From positions 1 to 32,129 of the forward strand of contig JAUCBJ010001547.1 of the NCBI GenBank assembly GCA_032718475.1: DNA of 32,129 nucleotides, given 5' to 3'. Source of the DNA: Nemertoderma westbladi (Eukaryota > Animalia > Xenacoelomorpha). Both the position numbers and the translations under genes were made by a program. How positions within the stretch are numbered: the first letter of the stretch is position 1; each line of letters opens with the position of its first letter. Positions 12,701-24,131 of the stretch are shown here, piece by piece. Below the pieces are notes generated by a model, which ran no database searches, was not told the origin of the DNA, and was given only the letters and a program-made list of their open reading frames with translations.

Positions 12701-12780
12701 ATGTTTTTATAATCCTTTCGAGTTGATACTTAGCATTAACTCATTTCACGTGCTGCGCGAAGGCCCCACTTCGTGTCCTA

Positions 12781-12960
12781 TACATATCCACAATAATGGG
12801 TTAAATGAGCTCCAAACCCATCAGGGGACATGCGATTCCGATAACGATGCGAATACTCCACTGACACAACTGGTCTTGATTTCAGCAAAGCAGATGTCAG
12901 CAATAATGTCAGCACTGTCTATGAAGGCAGTTTTGACGCTTCTCAATTTGGGCCTTCCAA
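12781..12960 (-). pseudogene. Upstream part of the decayed LINE RT, separated from 9040-10565 by the HINE-like insertion
   Basis: Minus strand reads ADICFAEIK...SPDG, the region that precedes the GISL motif in LINE RTs. Confidence 0.45.
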
Positions 12961-14174
12961 ACATTGATATTTTCAGCTGGAGATTCACCCTTAACCTTTA
13001 TGGTTAGTTGGTTTTTCCTCCCAGTGAGCAGGCTTATTGATTGCAATGCCTGAATTGTAAGAATTGGCTGAATGGATGACAATGGCTGGAATTAATTTGT
13101 AATTGTGGATGTAAATGTAAATTGATAGAATGCTTCATGATAACTTTTAACAACACTAGCTGCTTCAGTATGGTGGGAGCCACACAATTTGCTCCTCCCA
13201 CGCAATTTCTTTCCATTTAGAACATGTAGTGGGAACCTTCCAAAAATACCTCGTCTTCTACAAGATTCCGCAGAGACTCTCTGGTAGGCAGGTATCTGTT
13301 ACCTTCCGCCATAATGGCTACTAGGCAAATGTGTTTGGGCAAGTCAGTGAATTTCAGAGTGCAACTGGTGATGCAGATCGCTGACTGTGTGTGAGAATTG
13401 AAGTTTGCACTGGTAATGCACTATGGTTCAAACAAACAAGGCCCACCCATGTGTGTCGTGCTTAGTGGATGTAGGAAAGCTATGGTTTTTTTTAAACATG
13501 AATAAAAATTCTAAATTATTTTGTGACATACTATAAATAATTAATAATACTATTACTACTAGTAGTACTACTACTACTATCATCGGCCCGCTGCATTGAA
13601 ACTGCACATTGAGATGCTAATATTAGAAGTGCTAATATTAGAGTGGCCAGATGTTTTGTGGTTATTGGTAATATTTGGTGTATTTAACATGTCGATATTG
13701 GATGTGGAGTTTTTTTGAGAATAATTATGCATCAAATATCACCTTATTTTTCCTTGCCTATATAGATATTTATATTAGTTTATTGGTGTATACGTTATTC
13801 GCAACGTACTTGCTATGACACTAATAATGGTGAGATATTAGAATAAGACTATTGAATATCACAACAATATACATTGTAAGTCAAACCAATCTATCTTATT
13901 CATGACACTACCTGTGGGGTCTACTACATATCCTCGACTGGTACTATCCGACGGCAAGTTGCCTGAACGAAACCAGAGGTCTAAGTGGGAGGGGAGGTCG
14001 ATATTCAGCTAGTGGAACACTCGGAATAGGATAAGAACTTTCAATATTCTCAACACACATGACGAAAGTCCCTTACAGCAAAGGAGATATCGCCAATGGA
14101 GAATATCTGGGAGTGCAGACTCAGACAGATAGATAAATAAGTAGCGCCTGGAGCGCTGTATATTTTCCATGTTC

Positions 14175-14468
14175 CTAATTAAATACATCATAATAAATTT
14201 CGTAATATATTTCGTAATATAGGTTGCCCTTCTTGGGAACTGGCACCAACTTATTTGTTTTCATTTCTTGTGGGACTCTTGTTGTTCGGTACATGTCTAC
14301 TATGATGGGATAGATGAGCTTTAAACACTCAGGTATTTTAAAGACCTCAGGGGGAACACCATCTACTCCACTGGCACGATTGGTGTTAATGCTCTTTGCA
14401 GCAGCCTTCACTTCTGCAAAGGAGATATCGCCAATGGAGAATATCTGGGAGTGCAGACTCAGACACAT
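14175..14468 (-). pseudogene. LINE RT N-terminal fragment
   Basis: DISFAEVKAAAKSINTNRASGVDGVPPEVFK...LVPVPKKGNL; breaks at a short tandem duplication. Confidence 0.8.
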
Positions 14469-15151
14469 TTACTTCTATAAAGTTATCAGGCAATACCCTG
14501 CCATTATTGAGAAGCTTTATTAATGACCATGTATTTTTGCCTTTTGGAATTAATATATTTTTTTTTATTTTCAGATATTTGGAATTGAATATCTCAACCC
14601 GTCGTTTTACACATCTACCTTTTACATCTGGTATCTAAATCTTGTTTTGGATCCTTTCGTATATTTCCTAACAAATGACAGATCAATAAAGTCGTTTGTA
14701 AGATTGGCAAATTGTATGAGACATAAGAAGTAGAATTGAAAATATGTTATTTATGTTATTTATATTTCAAACTAAACATGTCTACCCTTACCCAACCGAG
14801 TATTTATTTTTCTTTGTCAATTCGATCTATTATAAACGTAACCATAGCTAACCAAAGGAGATTTTGATGTCAAGGTAGAATCGAATGTTTGCAGCTCTAA
14901 AACTAAAATAATTTACATCCTTTTGGCCTGTTACTTGTTGTTGCCAATTAGTACAAAATTGTTAAAAATATTAATAAATTAAAATAGTAGTATGGTAATT
15001 TTTATCTAATACATAGAATTTATCGGTTTACGACATGATATTTCTCCACAGATCTAGAACATTTTTAGGAAAAATATTATCATACATCAGTAGTAAGACG
15101 AACCCCTTTTCTGCGACAGTTGGACCCACTTCGCACCTTAGGTGTTAAGTA

Positions 15152-16533
15152 TGTTGCCGTTATTCCCGACACCATGGGGGAAAACGCCGATGCTGGAGGC
15201 GGAACTTTTCAGACCACGGAATCCCGGCCAGTCACCGGATATTGGTAGTGGAGAAGGAATACGTTCTTAAATGCAAGATTGCGGTTGAGGAAACGTTTCA
15301 TTGGTTGGATATATTCTTTAATGTAGTTAATCTCACTGAACCCTGATTGAGAATAAATTGGGCTTCCCCAAACCAATATACACCAAATATTCGCAATAAT
15401 ATAACACGACAATATAAATCCCTACAGTATATTATTTAATTACCCACTGTTCGCTCAGATTTTAGCCTAACTAATGTTCCCCAATTTTCCCCCGGTCCTA
15501 GTCTCGGTACCGTAGTGTCGGTGTCGGTCGACCCTGTTGCGTGTCCGTCCCACCCTTCCCGAACCCCGAAGGGATCGGTCATCAGGAACCAGTACGGCTT
15601 GGCTAGGGGTCTGTCATGTTGGTGGACCCATTTGCGTGTCCGTCCCACCCTTCCCGAACCCCGAAGGGATCGGTCATCAGGAACCAGTATGGCTTGGCTA
15701 GGGGTCTGTCGGTTCATCGCAGGGACCCAACCACCTAGGCTTTCCGAGTCCTTATTCAGGCTCGTAGTCGCTTCGGCAGCCGAGAAGCTGCTCCGAACAG
15801 TCGGTAGGCCAGTAGAGTCCAGTCCTTTGTCTTTCGACCCCGTTGTGTGTCCGTCCCACCCTTCCTGAACCCCGAAGGGATCGGTCAGGAACCAGCACGG
15901 CTTGGCAAGGGGTCTGTCAGCCCATCGTGAGCCCCAACGGTTGGTGGTTTTCCGAGTCCTTATTCAGGCTCGTACTAACGCCGGTCGTGGAACCCACTTC
16001 AGGAAGGCAGTCCTCGTCGAACCCTTCCTCCGTTAGTCAGTCAACCCGTTCGTGTGTCCGTCCCACCCTTCCCGAACCCCGAAGGGATCGGTCAGGAACC
16101 AGTACGGCTTGGCTAGGGGTCTGTCGTCGGTTCCCGTCGCAAATCCCTGACACAAGCAGCAGACTTTCCGATGTCCTTTTCAGGCTCGTAATAACTGCTG
16201 TTGGCCAGGGACCGCTACGGGCAGTCCTTGTCCTTTAGACCTAGCGAGTTACCAAATCCACCTCTACAGGCAGGAGGAAGTTGGCTAGGCCTAATAGTAA
16301 TCAGGCAAACCTGAATACTGCTTAACTTTTCCTCCCACCCCTGGCCCTTAAATACATGAAATGAGTCCTGCACCCCGTAAGTCGCCCCAATATTCGCCCA
16401 TAAATCGCCCCCAGTCCATTGAATGTGCCCAAAACCCATGTTCCCGCACCCAGTAGTAATATCGGAATATTCATTTAAAATAAATCCAAAAAATATTCAA
16501 CTCGCGTTAGGAAAAGCTGAAATACCGCGAACA
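15152..16533 (-). repeat. 3' LTR of BEL element (1382 bp) with internal repeats
   Basis: Direct repeat of 27581-28959, a few percent diverged; four ~75-bp internal modules (starts ~15541, 15636, 15847, 16054). Confidence 0.95.
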
Positions 16534-16542
16534 GTCCCCCCC
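16534..16542 (-). promoter_or_regulatory. Polypurine tract
   Basis: GGGGGGGAC immediately before the 3' LTR on the minus strand. Confidence 0.75.
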
Positions 16543-16713
16543 AATGACCTTCGTGAGGTCTATCGGTAGATCGAGTTTGCGTAGGTCATTTCCCATATAA
16601 AAAACCCAAATTTTTAATATTGCATAGTCTTGATTAATTTGGCCTAGAGTTAGTTTATGTAAATATATCAAAATAAATGTTCGATATAAATGTTCCTGGA
16701 ATATCTTGGTCCT

Positions 16714-18342
16714 CTATTTCTTGCTCTGATACGCCTTTCTCCTCTTCGCCCGTCGACTCTTGTCGATCGCCAGTGCTGGTAGGGGAGCATCAACATCCAT
16801 CGTGAGCAACATTTCGGCTTGTCTCCTGGCAGCTCTTCCTTTCAATGGTAGCGGGATCATATCGGTTCGTCTTTCCAACTCGGTATTGCGTGCCTCTAGG
16901 AACCACTTTCCATCACCGAACCCTTCTTTATAGGAATATAAACGCCTAAGGATCTCGAATGGGCCGAATAATCCGGCGCTTAGCAACAGATCCACGTAAT
17001 GGAATGGTAACGTCGCTGTCGTATGGAGGCGTTCTGGGAAGGAAAAATACCCGCACGCCATTTCCTGCGCGATATTCCGAGCGTTTCTCCGTACTTTGGT
17101 CTTTATGTGGCTGTTTGCGTAGGTTTCGAACATAACCAGATTTCCCATAGCGGTAACGTCCTTTGTGGGACACTTTATATTGCAGCGGGGGCTAGCGGAA
17201 TGTCCACGGAAACCGCATGTTGTGCAGAGGTTATAGAGGGTTGGACAAACTGAAACATCATGTCCCGATGTCGCGCAGTAGGGACAATACAGTATCCCGA
17301 GGAGCTGGAGGCATGAATCGGTTACTCGGTTTCTTCTACCGCGTGGGCACTGCTCTGAACCGCAGTCTCCACATATCTCTAACTGCATCTCCCGGCCGAA
17401 GAATATCGGAATCGGGACGCCGACGTAATACTCGAGTCGTCGGTCGCTTTTTGGAATATTCGCTGTGGCCGGTAGCCCGCAAAAAGCTGTGCTTTGGCGT
17501 AGTACGTTCTCGTTTCGATAACCTTCTTTATGTCCTGCCGGTCTCATCTCGGATGACCGTTTCTGGCGGTGGATCCATTCGGTCTGCTCGGCATACCATC
17601 GGGTAAGTCGCATAGGATCCTGTGGAACGGAGGGGGTAGTCGCCACCGCTGGTTGGCGAAGAGGTGCCGGGGTTTTCGATGGAGGGATTCCGCGGAGATC
17701 TTCGGGAGTCGGTGCAGCGCTGGGACCCTTTTCAACCAGTATCGCTGAGCGGGTCCGTTGGGTGCTGGTACTCGGAATCTCCGAAGACCAGTCTTCGCCA
17801 CCCGGGAACGGATATGGGGATAACCTCTGACATATGTCGCCGAAGTCGTTCAATGCGAAGGTAGTGACTAACTCCCTCGCGGGGCTATCGGAGCCAAGTG
17901 GGGAGGAAACGCCTGCTTCCGTCGCAGGTTCGGCCGAGGCGACCCGTTTGGCGGCCGGTTCGTACGCGATTTCCGGATCGAGCTGTCGCTTTGGGGTGGA
18001 CAGTAAAATACCTTCCTGTAGCCATAATTCTTCCCCTTCCGAGGAAATCAGTGGTTCCTCCTCACCGAGGAGATCGGTAATTGTAGGGATGTCGAACGGC
18101 CCATTCTCGTCCCAGGAAGCGATGACGGTGAGCGTTTTCGTCTCTCCCGGTGTAATATTCTCGACCGCTTTGAACGCGTGGTTGATAACCTCGTTCCATT
18201 CGTAGTCGATAAAGGAATTAGGAACCGCCGTAATGAGGCTATCGAGAGTTTTACATATGAACTTAGCGACTGTGTAGGATTCCATAACGACGTAGATGTA
18301 GTTCCGTTGCCCCGGATCCTCCCACTTGTGGTGAATCGTCAC
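16714..18342 (-). CDS. Accessory ORF, C-terminal part: possible ExoIII motif, Pro/Ser-rich linker, tandem CCHC zinc knuckles, Arg/Lys-rich tail
   Basis: CPYCATSGHDVSVC (C-x2-C-x4-H-x4-C) and CTTCGFRGHSASPRC; GTG start overlaps the upstream ORF stop, so probably one frameshifted gene with 18339-19313. Confidence 0.7.
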   Translation of the reverse strand: MTIHHKWEDPGQRNYIYVVMESYTVAKFICKTLDSLITAVPNSFIDYEWNEVINHAFKAVENITPGETKTLTVIASWDENGPFDIPTITDLLGEEEPLISSEGEELWLQEGILLSTPKRQLDPEIAYEPAAKRVASAEPATEAGVSSPLGSDSPARELVTTFALNDFGDICQRLSPYPFPGGEDWSSEIPSTSTQRTRSAILVEKGPSAAPTPEDLRGIPPSKTPAPLRQPAVATTPSVPQDPMRLTRWYAEQTEWIHRQKRSSEMRPAGHKEGYRNENVLRQSTAFCGLPATANIPKSDRRLEYYVGVPIPIFFGREMQLEICGDCGSEQCPRGRRNRVTDSCLQLLGILYCPYCATSGHDVSVCPTLYNLCTTCGFRGHSASPRCNIKCPTKDVTAMGNLVMFETYANSHIKTKVRRNARNIAQEMACGYFSFPERLHTTATLPFHYVDLLLSAGLFGPFEILRRLYSYKEGFGDGKWFLEARNTELERRTDMIPLPLKGRAARRQAEMLLTMDVDAPLPALAIDKSRRAKRRKAYQSKK

Positions 18343-19313
18343 TTTCTTTCAACATCCTTCCAGCGACTCTCTCGCTCACTCTTTATTTCTAATCCCAGGT
18401 ATCCGCCATATATCTTATTATAGTCCTGGAATTTCTGGGGTTTAAAGTCTATGCCGCCGTTTAGCACTGCGAGGTAGCCAATGCCGGATTTCGTCCGTCT
18501 CACCTCTCGGAATCCTCGCAGGAATTCGGCGGATCGTAACCAGGCTAATAGAGTTTGGGTGTCGACACAATGACTAATGGCGTTGAGATCTTCTCGACGG
18601 TCTCTTCCGAAAGGTGCGTTCGCGTAGTTGTTTCGGACGTCCGCCTTTATATCTGACCCGATTTTAATGATGTCGAAGTCGAATAGGATCTTTTGGATCT
18701 CGGGTGGTAGTAGCCAGATCACTCCGGCTGTCCGCACCTCCTGTCTGGGTGTCGGAAATATTCGACATACCAACACCAAACCGTCCAGGTTTCCGAGGAC
18801 GACGACCAAGGATCGACCGTATTCTTTCGTCCCGTACTTCTCCTGGTAGTCGTCGCGATTCTGGATAACTGATATACGTTCCTCTCGCAGCGTTGCCGTA
18901 CACTCCGCTAGGTTTCCCCAGTGGGCGAGGTACGTACTCTTGTCGTCGACGAAACTTTGACATCGCACCAACGTAATCGCTTTCGAGGTGGGCATCGCGT
19001 TTCCCTCGTTGTCGTATATCAAACATCGGGATTTGTAGACGCTTTGCCGGAACGTTTCCCAGTACGACAACTCGTCCCCTCCAGTTGCCTTTGCGTTCCG
19101 AGTTCTTTTCAGTCTCGTACTAGCATCGGACAACTGGAGGTCTTGTAGATTCCGGGAATCCGGTCCCTCTCGCCCGGAGAATTTGACGACTCGCACATTC
19201 TCATTTATCAGGGCGTTCCATTTTGTATCAAAGTTAGGGGATCCAGGTTGTGGATATTCCAGTAAATCTATCGTATTACATAGTTCGCCGATAATTTGGT
19301 GATTTGGGTCCAT
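18339..19313 (-). CDS. Accessory ORF, N-terminal part: predicted DEDDy (WRN/EXD2/RNase D-like) 3'-5' exonuclease
   Basis: ExoI-like LIYDNEG; ExoII-like LPPEIQKILFDFDIIKIGSDIKADV; then CVDTQTL and KSGIGYLA in the family-typical order. Confidence 0.65.
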   Translation of the reverse strand: MDPNHQIIGELCNTIDLLEYPQPGSPNFDTKWNALINENVRVVKFSGREGPDSRNLQDLQLSDASTRLKRTRNAKATGGDELSYWETFRQSVYKSRCLIYDNEGNAMPTSKAITLVRCQSFVDDKSTYLAHWGNLAECTATLREERISVIQNRDDYQEKYGTKEYGRSLVVVLGNLDGLVLVCRIFPTPRQEVRTAGVIWLLPPEIQKILFDFDIIKIGSDIKADVRNNYANAPFGRDRREDLNAISHCVDTQTLLAWLRSAEFLRGFREVRRTKSGIGYLAVLNGGIDFKPQKFQDYNKIYGGYLGLEIKSERESRWKDVERK

Positions 19314-19869
19314 ATTTTCGATTATGTTCGTTGCAAATTTACATCAGTTAATTATAAATCCAGAAAGTCTGATACTATAGTGACTGCAGAATAATTCAGT
19401 TTATTTGTAATTCAGTTTATTAAATAACATTGCTATATAGGCATCTACCATCTTATTGCTAATACATTCAGCATTTACAGTTACTATAGCTATACATTAA
19501 TATCCAACCAGTTTTGACTTTTTATGTCCTCTTCTTTTTCCAATTCTTTTCTTTCTACATTTTATACATTTTTTTGTCATTTTTAATTTCTCATTATTAT
19601 TTCATTTCACATTTCATCATTTATTTCCACCACTTCATCATTTATTTCCACATTTATTTCACATTTCATTTATTTCCATATCTTCATTGGGGTTATAGCC
19701 CCCCGGCTATCATCATTTGTTATAAGCGCAGCACCAGGGTGTGCATCATTACATTTTCATCATCATACGCGTCATCATTCAGTTTATAGTAAGGTTGTCT
19801 GTTTCTTTTCATCATTTCACCAAACTGCACACGTAACGGACAATGAAGACGCTGGAAGTGAAGTCACGT

Positions 19870-20160
19870 GGAATGCACCAGGGACCCACCAGAATAACAC
19901 TCCCAACAACATAAAGCTCAGCTGACGAAGTCATTTGGGATGGGGTTACGCAACATTCTGGGATCTACAGCTGGACTAGTTACACCGCCCTCGCCTCAAA
20001 ATCCACGCAACGGTCCCACCAGAATAACGCGACTGAGAAACATAAAACCTCTATCGACGAAGTCATGTGGATGCACCATGGACCCACCAGAATAACGGGA
20101 TAGAGGGGGCGTTGCGCGGCAATCCGGGATCTACAGCTGGACTAGTTACACCGCCTACGC
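19870..20160. repeat. Mosaic direct repeats between pol and the accessory ORF
   Basis: CCCACCAGAATAAC x3, GGGATCTACAGCTGGACTAGTTACACCGCC x2, GACGAAGTCAT x2. Confidence 0.8.
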
Positions 20161-20454
20161 CCCGAACTGCGCACGCAACGGACAACACAACATAATACAA
20201 TGGATACAATGAATTCCACTTCAAATCTTTACCATTTCCAATAATCCAATGTCGTTGGTCCCGATGACCACAATCAGGGTTAACAATACATTAACGACCC
20301 TGCGTCAGTCGAAACATCTGCAGGATGATGCTGGACTCCACATAACACACGAGGAAACACAAATACCATGCGTCGTTACAGTTGGTTTAAGGGGGTCCAT
20401 TTTCATTGTCGATAAATCACAGTTTAAAGAGTTTATCAACAGGATGAGAAGGGT

Positions 20455-23400
20455 TTAAACGGATTTAGCATTGTCACCAATGTCTGCAGCAGGATCCGGA
20501 GTAGGGAACTTATCACCTCTCGTGGAGTCACCGCTGTCATTGCCTTCAAGAAGGCACAGCCTCTGGATAGGGCGTTGGTAGTGGCCCTTTGCCGTTCGTA
20601 TCGTCACAGTCCTCGCAAGTCCGTCTTTACTCGGGTTTATTGCCACGACTCGCGCCACCGGCCAGTGGACACGGTCTTTGAGATCTTCCTTCACTAGCAC
20701 CATGTCGCCAACTGCGACATTCCTATAGGTGTTGTTCCACTTCCTCCTGGTCCGGAGGGTTATGAGATACTCTTGTGCCCATATTCTCCACCAATGCGCT
20801 GCCAATGCTTGGGCCTTCTTACAATTGGTATGTCTCGCGATATCGTTGGGATCCGGAAACATCGTCTCTGGAAGAATATGGGTTTTGGGTCTTCCAAAGT
20901 AGGTGGTTAGGAGTGAGAGGCTCCAGATCTGTGGGGTCGTCGCAGATAGGGACGATGGGCCGGTTGTTTAGGGTAGCCGTGATCTCGCAGAATGTTGTAC
21001 GGAGGGTGTTGTGGGTTACCCGGGTGTCTCCTAATGCGATGCGCATGGATCGTTTTACCAAGTCGATGAGCTTCTCCCATACCCTGCTCGTATGGGGTGC
21101 TAAGGTTGTTTGGAAGTGCCACTGTATATGGTGTTCCCTCCAGACTTGGGATGCGGTGTCCTCGGTAAACCATCCCTCGATCGCCTCTCTAAGTTCTCTT
21201 TCTCCTCCCACAAAGTTTGTGCCATTATCGGAGTACATATGACGACATGTTCCATTGTTCGCCACGAACCGACGCAGGTCGTTGATGAATGTGTGTTGCG
21301 TAAGGTTCACCACAATGTCTAGGTAGATTGCCCTAGACCTAAGGCAGGTAAAGATGGCTCCCCAGCATTTGATGTTGGATCGTCGCTCGATGACCGTGAA
21401 TGGTCCGAAACAGTCTACTCCGGTTACATAGAACGGTGGGGAATCGGACTGTAGACGTGTGGCTGGTAAGTCGGCCATCCTTTGTGTGAGTGGTGGCATT
21501 AGATATCTTCTGCAGGGAAAACAACGTTTTAACACTTTCCGGATCAGTGGCTGGATGTGGGTGATCCAATATCTTTGCCGTATATTAGCCATAATCCAGT
21601 TCTGTCCCGCGTGATGGTTTTCCTCGTGACACTGTTGGATTAATAGCTTGGCTAGTGTTGACGTTCCGGGCGGAAGCGCTGGGTATTTGACTTCGTATTC
21701 AACCGGGGCGTTTGCCATCCGGGTATTCAGTCGAATCAGTCCATCCTCTCCCATCATTGGTCTCAATTGGTAGACTGGACTGTCCGGTTTCAAGGTCTTG
21801 CCCGCATTGAGTTGTTCCCACTCATCGGGGAAACTTTCTCTCTGGACATAACTGACAATACACTTCTCTGCGATAATGAGTTCTTGTATACTTCGTTGAA
21901 CTATCGGTTTGTTGTCTTTCCACCGTAGGAAGTTGCGAAGGGTTATGACGTGGTGGATGAGACGTCTCATTGATGAAGTTCGCTCGATCAATAGTTGTAA
22001 AGACACCGCTGGTTGTGTGATCGTCGCGACGTTATAGTGCCTGCCCGAATCCTTTGCAGGCTCGGTCAGACAACTATAGATCTCCACTGTGGCGCTTCTA
22101 TGGACTTTGCGGATCTCCTTGTCGTCTTCGGAGTATTTTCCGCTATCGAGTTCGGGATCGAATCTGGTACTCCAGGTTAATTGTGGTTGCTGTAGGAATT
22201 CCGGACCGGTGAGCCAGAGTTTACTTTTACCGAGTTGTCGTGGGGTGGCGCCTCTACTCGATAAGTCCGCTGGATTTTCTTTCCCGTTTACATGGTGCCA
22301 CTGTTCTCGGCCGGTGCACTGTTTTATCTCCGTGGCTTGGTTCGCTACGAACGTGTTATGTCGCCGTGATGGTGAGTGGAGGTAGTAGAGAACGATACTC
22401 GAATCGACCCAGAAATGTTGCGATTCGATGTGGATTCGTAGGTTCCGCATGACCATCCGGTTCTGTCTCACTGCCCAAACTGCGGCCTGTAGCTCAAGTC
22501 TCGGAATCGTTGCTACGAATTCCCCGGATACTGTCTTAGCTTTAGAAAATAAGAAGCTCGTATCGCCGTTTCCATCTTGACTTAGTCTTCTTAGGAAAGT
22601 GACTACGCCGATTACGGTATTCGAAGCATCCGAGAAAGTGTGGAGCTGGAGGATATTGGTGGGTAGTTTATCGAGGAAGAACGGTCGAGGGATCCGCATA
22701 AGATGTAGATGTTCGAGTTGTTCCGTCCACTTTCTCCATTTGACACTGAGGTGTGGGGGGAGTTCTTCATCCCATCCCAGTCCTTCTATCCACATTTCCT
22801 TGATCAAATTCATTCCGGCCAAGGTTACCGGAGATATGAAGTTTAGTGGGTCGAATATTGCACTTTTTATAGACAAACATCCCCTTTTCGTCATGGGCTT
22901 GAGTAGGGGGTTATATTTGAAGATGAATTCATCCAATTCTATGTCCCATTCAATGCCGAGTACACGGTGATCCACATCCTCGGAATACATTTTATTGTTG
23001 CCCAGTCGGATTTCCTCCGGAAACTTTTCCATAAGTTTTTTGTCATGGGATCTGAACTTCACGAGGGGGAAACCTCCTCTCTTTAAACATTCCACCATCC
23101 CCATCACTAGCTGATATGCCTCGTCAACATTATCGGCACCGGCGCATCTGTCGTCCACGTAGAAGCATCTCGGATGGTTTCTATGACTGTTGGAGGGAAC
23201 TCGTTTTCGCACAGAGTCGCTGTTTTCTTCAGCATGTCACTACATGCTACCGGCGAGTCCTTAGCGCCGAAGATCCTGACGATCATGCCATTACGTCCAC
23301 AGCCTTCAATGTGAGTTGACTTATCTCCTGTGGAGTTAATGTTTTATCCATCCATAATATACGCAGACAGTCTGAGTCTCTTGGTAGCGTTCGGACCTGG

Positions 23401-24131
23401 TGAAACATCGCTTTGATGTCGCATGTGAATGCTATCCGGTTTTCCCTAAACCTGATCAACACGCCGATGAGTGTACTGTATATGTTGGGCCCTGTATAAA
23501 GTTGGCTGTTCAGGGATTCGCCTTGATACATAGCAGCGGCATCATTGACTACTCGGATTTTACTGCCCTTCCGGGCTTCTACCACATAGTGGGTTGGGAG
23601 ATAATATGTCCGTCTACCCCCTTGCAGTTCATTCCGGGGTACCATTTCCACAAATCCATCTTCTAGATATCCTTTGATTACATTATTATATTTCTCCTTT
23701 ATCTCGGGTTGGTCATTCAACCGGCGTAGGATTCCTTTGAGCCGCCTAAGGGCCATGTTGACATTATTTGCCATCGGTTTATCTGGGTCTTTCCATAGCA
23801 TGGGTGAACACCAATGTCCGTATTTGAATGTGGCCTGATCAAGGATGTCAATACAATATTGATCTTCCTCGGATGGGTTCTCGTCCTTTTCAGCAAACTC
23901 TCGGGTCTCTAGATTAAAGTATTTGGTCATCTCCTGCTGGGTTTTCTCGGTCTCAAGGAATAAATCCTCGTCCAGGTCTGTAGCTGAACAATAACCCACG
24001 GAGGTTGCATTCTCTTTAATCTGACATTTAGGGAGATATGTATAGGTGTCTGTAGTCTCCTCCTTGATGCCGCAGAGTGTCCATCCCATGATCGTACGTT
24101 CGGCATAAAAGCCGTCATCGTGCTTTACAGA
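20455..24131 (-). pseudogene. pol: BEL pol region (RT, RNase H, integrase, C-terminal domain) split by frameshifts (ORF pieces 23283-24089, 20819-23212, 20455-20862)
   Basis: KIRVVNDAAA, CDIKAMFHQV, IFGAKDSP (intervening frame), FYVDD, FSDAS, TIPRLELQAA, NPADLSSRG, H..HH..CFPC, GVDCFGP, SDNGTNFVG, LTPNHLL, WPVARV. Confidence 0.92.

Larger units (their letters stand above)
10626..12780 (+). mobile_element. Non-autonomous Helentron-associated (HINE/DINE-like) element with microsatellite and central tandem array
   Basis: Short subterminal inverted matches (GTGGGGC 10629 / GCCCCAC 12763; CACGAAGT 10640 / ACTTCGTG 12768), then a (GTC)n microsatellite, tandem array and 3' hairpin (12720-12742); interrupts a LINE RT remnant. 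Confidence 0.55.

Noticed and set aside
13000-14077. Possible host exons
   Set aside because: No sustained ORF or recognisable motif
15541-16125. CRISPR-like or canonical hammerhead call for the LTR repeats
   Set aside because: Repeats are ~75 bp with related spacers; the core has GAAG and is deleted in half the copies. Kept only as a structure hypothesis
15209-16439. Short ORFs within the BEL LTRs (and their copies at 27882-28865)
   Set aside because: By-products of GC-rich repeats; no recognisable motifs
16714-19313. env gene
   Set aside because: No signal peptide, transmembrane helix or fusion-protein pattern
19921-19933. CTGACGA hammerhead-like word on the plus strand
   Set aside because: No stem II plus GAAA follows, and it is absent from the duplicate copy
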